Made by a program: the position numbers and the translations under genes. Shown piece by piece: positions 59,768 through 64,000 of a stretch of DNA of 64,000 nucleotides. A model generated the notes under the pieces. It was not told the origin of the DNA. It did not search any database and saw only the letters and a program-made list of their open reading frames with translations. Each line of letters begins with the position of its first letter. Position 1 is the stretch's first letter. Origin of the DNA: a virus (taxonomy: Duplodnaviria > Heunggongvirae > Uroviricota > Caudoviricetes); IMG/VR virus record IMGVR_UViG_3300018050_002226. One strand, written 5' to 3'.

Positions 59768-61555
59768 TTACTGCGTCTTTTTGTTGTAAGTAATGAGATT
59801 CATCATCTTATTCATCTCTTCTTTTATAACTTCATCTTTTCTATCTTCAGAAGACTCAAGTTGGTTCATGATTTTTTCAGCCTTCTTGGTAGAACCTTTT
59901 CTTATACTCTTCAAAGAACCATCCACTTTATCAGTTCCACCAACATCAACTGGTTGTGGTTGTCTTTTATAAGAAACATTCATTTGTTCTGCACCATATA
60001 AGTTGTCCTCGAAATTCTTCATGAATCTTTCTCCGACTTCACTAGGAACCACGTTACCTAAAGCTTTTCCGTCTTTATCTTTGACAGCATTTCCTGTAGT
60101 ACTATCGCCCTTCAAATGTTTCTCAATTTTTTTCTCATCAGGTTTAATTTCATCATAAACCAAATTAGTCATACCTGGAAAAGCAAAAGCTTCAATATAT
60201 TCATCGACCGCTTGAGATGGATGATACTTCATCGTTTTTTCTTTCATTTTACCCATAGTGTAATTACTTTGAGGAAAACTCTCAGGTGATTCGTTATATT
60301 CCCCTACAGAGCCTGCTTTTACATACTCTTTCATTTTCTTTACTACCTCTTTAGCATAATCATCATTTTCTTTCTTATCTGCTTTCAAAACTTTCTCTGT
60401 TTTTTTCAAACCTTCAGCTTTTTTATTGGTAATATTATTTTTTTCTGCAATATCTTTTACTTTCTGTTCCATAACAATAGTCTCAATCAAGTCAATAAGT
60501 TCTTCCTCAGTCAGTTGTAAACTTTCCTTTACCGCAGCCTTACCTTTACCTTTCCATCCTTGTTTAGCTCTTTTAGCAAAATAAAGTTGACTCATTTTGG
60601 TTCTGTCAGCTTGAGGTACTTTTTTTCCAGCGTCCTTCGCCTTATCATTTTTAGTTTTCAATTTTTTGATTGCGGCATTCAATTCCTCAATTGACATACC
60701 TGAATATTCACCTGTTTGTTTTACTTCAACATCACCTTCCCACTTCTCACCCATTTCTTTTCTTTGTTTGTCTATGTTTGAGTATACTCCAATAACTTTA
60801 CTTTTTCTGCCGTCAAACTTGTCTCTTGCTTCTCTAACTTGGTATGTTTTACCATCCACTTCAAAAGTATCTTTTCCTTTTTCTTTTGCGTCTGCTAAAG
60901 CTCCAGAGAATGCATTTCCTTCTTCAGTTTCAGCTTCCTCTAAACCTTTCATCACTCTAACTCTGAATGGTTTACCACCGAATTTTTTCTGATATAAATC
61001 GAAAAATCTTCTACCATCTCCCATCGGAGTTGCATCTTTTCTCTCCGGTGCAAACCAAAGTTGTTGTTTACCGTATTTTGACATCAATGAGTCAAAATCA
61101 GAGAATTCTTCTTCTTCGAAATCGAAGTCGAAATCCCCTTTGAACTGTCTGTCATTTTGGTCAAACCAACCGTGCTCATCATCAAATGAACCGAATAATT
61201 TATTAGTTAAATCAGCCTTAATTTTGTTGTCTGCCAAACCTTTACCAACGTACGTTGGTTCTTTTTGCGAAGCCTCTTCAGCATCTTCTATTGCTTCATC
61301 TTCGAAGAAAAATTCGTCCATCTTTTTCTTATGAGATTTCTTTTTTCTCAAAAGTTTGAAGTCCTCGGCGTCAATTTTACCGTTTTTGTTTTTATCTAAT
61401 TTTTTTTGACCACCATGAAGAGCTTCATCAACTTCAATCTCAGTCCACTCACCACCCTCTTCGAGTCTTTCCAATATAGTTTTACTTTTTGTTTCGATTT
61501 CCTCTTTGAGTATCTTCGAAATCATATTGTCTAAATTTTTTTCGAAATTTTCCAT
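59768..61555 (-). CDS. large Lys/Glu-rich protein (possible scaffold or internal virion protein)
   Basis: ORF track; composition. Confidence 0.5.
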   Translation of the reverse strand: MENFEKNLDNMISKILKEEIETKSKTILERLEEGGEWTEIEVDEALHGGQKKLDKNKNGKIDAEDFKLLRKKKSHKKKMDEFFFEDEAIEDAEEASQKEPTYVGKGLADNKIKADLTNKLFGSFDDEHGWFDQNDRQFKGDFDFDFEEEEFSDFDSLMSKYGKQQLWFAPERKDATPMGDGRRFFDLYQKKFGGKPFRVRVMKGLEEAETEEGNAFSGALADAKEKGKDTFEVDGKTYQVREARDKFDGRKSKVIGVYSNIDKQRKEMGEKWEGDVEVKQTGEYSGMSIEELNAAIKKLKTKNDKAKDAGKKVPQADRTKMSQLYFAKRAKQGWKGKGKAAVKESLQLTEEELIDLIETIVMEQKVKDIAEKNNITNKKAEGLKKTEKVLKADKKENDDYAKEVVKKMKEYVKAGSVGEYNESPESFPQSNYTMGKMKEKTMKYHPSQAVDEYIEAFAFPGMTNLVYDEIKPDEKKIEKHLKGDSTTGNAVKDKDGKALGNVVPSEVGERFMKNFEDNLYGAEQMNVSYKRQPQPVDVGGTDKVDGSLKSIRKGSTKKAEKIMNQLESSEDRKDEVIKEEMNKMMNLITYNKKTQ

Positions 61556-61583
61556 TCTATTTTTTCTTTATAAATATCTAGTT

Positions 61584-62726
61584 TTATGGTTTAATTTTAG
61601 AATATTCATACTCTAAAATCGTTTTAATTACATCTTCACTAATATTATGTTTTTTTGAAACTTCTTTAATCGCTTTTTGAACTGATTCGTTTTTGGAAAG
61701 TTTGAGTGCGTTGATATCTCCTTGATTACAATAAGGGAACTTGGTGCATTTTTTCTTCACTTGAACAAACTGTCCTCCTTTATACTGAGTTTTTCTTGAA
61801 GGTCCCCAGTCTTTTTTCTTAGTAGACTTTGCCCACATTGCTGGTGTAGAGTATCCACCTACCGAACTAGAACTTGTTGCTTCAGTCGCCTCGACTTTGT
61901 CCGACCCCATGGCACCAACAGCTATACCCTCTTCAAGTTTCGGAGTTTCTTTATTACTTTTTTTGATGAATTGATTGTCTCCACCAAATAGAGGTGCCGA
62001 ATAAGCTCCGCTTGAACCAGAACTTGTTGCTTCTGTAGCCTCTTCCTTTCCAGGTCTACTGTATTTAGTTTTCTTTATGTATGGGTCGTCTACGGTTACA
62101 TTTGGAACACCGTAGTTGAATTCCTTATATCCCTCTTTTCTTTTCGAATTCTTTTTGAATTCCAAATAATCTTTATCCATTTGTAAATCTTTTGCAAATT
62201 CCCTTTTAGCTGAGTTTCCAACGTTTTCTTTGGTCTCAGATTTACCCATAGAGTAAAGTTTACCGATTGGTTTTTCCATTTTATTCATTCCTACTAATTT
62301 GTCCGCAATTCCTTTCTTAATGGATTTCCTTATAATCTGTTCATTGTTTTCCATTTTTTTGAGTTTTGTATAATAGTGAGGGTCTTCAGCTAAATGGTCC
62401 ATGGCAATTTCTCTAGCAATCTCCTCGTCATCAGTATGTTCCTTTTCTACTTCTAAACCTTTTTTCAACTCAGATTTCAAAATTCCAAGGATTGAATTTA
62501 TTTTATGACCAGTGGTCAAAACTTTGTCTTTCATTGCATGTTTGATTGCAAGGTCCAAAAGGGTTTTTTTGTCCGATTTTCCACCTTCCAAATCTTCTTT
62601 CATTTCTTTGGAATACTTGTTGAGGTCTTGCATCAAAGTTTGTGTTTGTGCACCACCCAAAGCCGCTGAAAAATTGGATTTCAATGCATTTGTAAATTCA
62701 TTCCTACTACTTTTCATATTAAGCAT
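61584..62726 (-). CDS. Lys-rich protein with internal duplicated VEATEATSSxSxGxYSxP motif
   Basis: ORF track. Confidence 0.5.
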   Translation of the reverse strand: MLNMKSSRNEFTNALKSNFSAALGGAQTQTLMQDLNKYSKEMKEDLEGGKSDKKTLLDLAIKHAMKDKVLTTGHKINSILGILKSELKKGLEVEKEHTDDEEIAREIAMDHLAEDPHYYTKLKKMENNEQIIRKSIKKGIADKLVGMNKMEKPIGKLYSMGKSETKENVGNSAKREFAKDLQMDKDYLEFKKNSKRKEGYKEFNYGVPNVTVDDPYIKKTKYSRPGKEEATEATSSGSSGAYSAPLFGGDNQFIKKSNKETPKLEEGIAVGAMGSDKVEATEATSSSSVGGYSTPAMWAKSTKKKDWGPSRKTQYKGGQFVQVKKKCTKFPYCNQGDINALKLSKNESVQKAIKEVSKKHNISEDVIKTILEYEYSKIKP

Positions 62727-62964
62727 TTTTTAATCTGGGCTCCCAATAACTTCTGTTTTGCCACATAAATTGGTAAAATTCTCTGAACATTTTCACAGTG
62801 ATTTCTTTAATCTCTCCTTCGAGTTTTCCCCTCTTTATTTCTTTCTGAACTTTATCCAAAATTTTATCTTCATATTGTTTGATTGTAGATGTTTCCATAA
62901 AGTCTCTTATCTCTTTACGGATTAATCTTTCAATCTCTCTGATTTCTGAACTTGTAAGTGCCAT
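62719..62964 (-). CDS. hypothetical protein
   Basis: ORF track. Confidence 0.4.
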   Translation of the reverse strand: MALTSSEIREIERLIRKEIRDFMETSTIKQYEDKILDKVQKEIKRGKLEGEIKEITVKMFREFYQFMWQNRSYWEPRLKNA

Positions 62965-63374
62965 TACTTAGTTATTAAAAAGAAACCTAATACCGCAATT
63001 ACCCCGGTTCCCAAAATTGATTTGAATTTATTTTTTACTTTTTCCTTCTTCAAGTCGAATTCTAATTTCTTCGAATACTTCTCCATTATGTCAAACTTTT
63101 GTCTTTCCGTTCCGATTATTGTATTATAATTCTCTTCTTTCAATCTTAGAGTATTAATAACACTATCTTTCAGAACAACCTTTTTTTCAGTTTGAATGAG
63201 TTGTTCTTCAACCAGCTTCAATTGTGCTTTTGCCGAGTCTCCACTAAGAACGTCTTTCATAATTTGTTTCACAACTGGAATTGGGAAACATTTTATATTA
63301 CTTGTTGTATCTGTCTGTGAAAAAACTGTCAAGCTCACGAACAGTAAGCTTGTCAACACTACTAATCTTTTCAT
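62964..63374 (-). CDS. protein with signal peptide and C-terminal TM anchor
   Basis: hydrophobic N- and C-termini. Confidence 0.45.
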   Translation of the reverse strand: MKRLVVLTSLLFVSLTVFSQTDTTSNIKCFPIPVVKQIMKDVLSGDSAKAQLKLVEEQLIQTEKKVVLKDSVINTLRLKEENYNTIIGTERQKFDIMEKYSKKLEFDLKKEKVKNKFKSILGTGVIAVLGFFLITK

Positions 63375-63660
63375 GGTAAATTTCTTTTACTATGGTTTTT
63401 TGACCTTTTATTTTTCCAATATGGTTATCAACTTCTTTGATTTCCTCATTGAATTCTGAGATTTTATCCTCTAATTTTAAATTATCTTCGTGTAATTTAT
63501 TTATTACAACATTCAAAGAGTCGAGTTGTTGTTTTTGACTCGCCGACATTCTAACATTAGGTGTCAAAAAGAATATCAAATAATATAACACAAAAACCCC
63601 AAATGTGACTTGGAGGATTAATTTGTAGTTTGATTTCAAAAGATTTAAAATTTTAGACAT
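63298..63660 (-). CDS. membrane-anchored coiled-coil protein (start at internal Met MSKIL)
   Basis: ORF track trimmed. Confidence 0.35.
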   Translation of the reverse strand: MSKILNLLKSNYKLILQVTFGVFVLYYLIFFLTPNVRMSASQKQQLDSLNVVINKLHEDNLKLEDKISEFNEEIKEVDNHIGKIKGQKTIVKEIYHEKISSVDKLTVRELDSFFTDRYNK

Positions 63661-64000
63661 TTTGTTCTCTAGTTTTTTTCCTTCCCGCCAAAATTTTTGC
63701 CCACTTAGATTTGAATTTTTCAAAGAAGGATTGAAGTTTATTAAGTGTATCAATAAAATCTTCGTCAACTTTAATCATGTTACCTTGAACATAAATTCCA
63801 CTATCCTCACCTATTGAGAAAATAAAATCTATATTCTCATCAATTAATTTACCAGACCATTGTACGTTATTGGGGTAGACATCCAAAGTGTTGAAATCTA
63901 CTAAATCTGAAACTTCATCGATGAACTCATCCATTGTTTGTTGAAAGGCAATTTTGTCATCAGAAGTAATATCTAAATCAGTTTTGTACTTTCCGTGTAA
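63653..64000 (-). CDS. hypothetical protein, 5' end beyond window edge (frame open to 64000)
   Basis: no stop upstream in frame within window. Confidence 0.35.
   Translation of the reverse strand, partial: LHGKYKTDLDITSDDKIAFQQTMDEFIDEVSDLVDFNTLDVYPNNVQWSGKLIDENIDFIFSIGEDSGIYVQGNMIKVDEDFIDTLNKLQSFFEKFKSKWAKILAGRKKTREQNV

Noticed and set aside
1-64000. Giant eukaryotic virus (NCLDV) origin suggested by collagen-like proteins, glycosylation genes and DnaJ
   Set aside because: The peptidase S74-type fibre C-termini, UmuDC, the T4 Dam-like MTase, the Bacteroidetes H1-like protein, rho-independent terminators and operon-style 1-4 nt gene overlaps all indicate a bacteriophage.

Overview
This window reads as part of a large AT-rich (~30% GC) tailed bacteriophage genome with a Bacteroidetes-type host signature. 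It is gene-dense, carrying roughly 100 mostly small ORFs with short overlaps and rho-independent terminators between convergent genes. It encodes a Bacteroidetes-style ~60-aa histone H1-like protein and three huge collagen-like tail-fibre proteins that end in a phage intramolecular-chaperone (peptidase S74-type) domain. Recognisable genes include three tandem ~1,050-aa collagen-like tail-fibre paralogs, each with ~800 aa of G-X-Y repeats (40.6-50.2 kb). A glycan-decoration set comprises UDP-galactopyranose mutase plus three GT2 glycosyltransferases, a TylF-like O-methyltransferase and an LpxH-like phosphoesterase. A dispersed PAPS/sulfation set comprises an APS kinase, two carbohydrate-type sulfotransferase paralogs and a DHH/DHHA1 phosphoesterase. 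An SOS-mutagenesis cassette runs UmuD'-like, flavodoxin-like quinone reductase, small membrane protein, Smr, UmuC-like. Two DNA methyltransferases are present (beta-class SPPY and a T4 Dam-like DPPY). Other auxiliary genes are a NadM-like nucleotidyltransferase, Nudix, thioredoxin, glutaredoxin, a full-length DnaJ, a CxxCxGxG-repeat protein, an SPFH/band-7 protein, a GAMT-family methyltransferase and a free-standing GIY-YIG homing-endonuclease-like gene. A tRNA-Met(CAT) with initiator-like features lies on the minus strand. It is immediately followed on the same strand by a ~970-nt ORF-free, GC-elevated segment that ends in a strong terminator, making a candidate large structured ncRNA. All calls rest on reading the supplied translations and DNA by eye. 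No database search or structure prediction was run.
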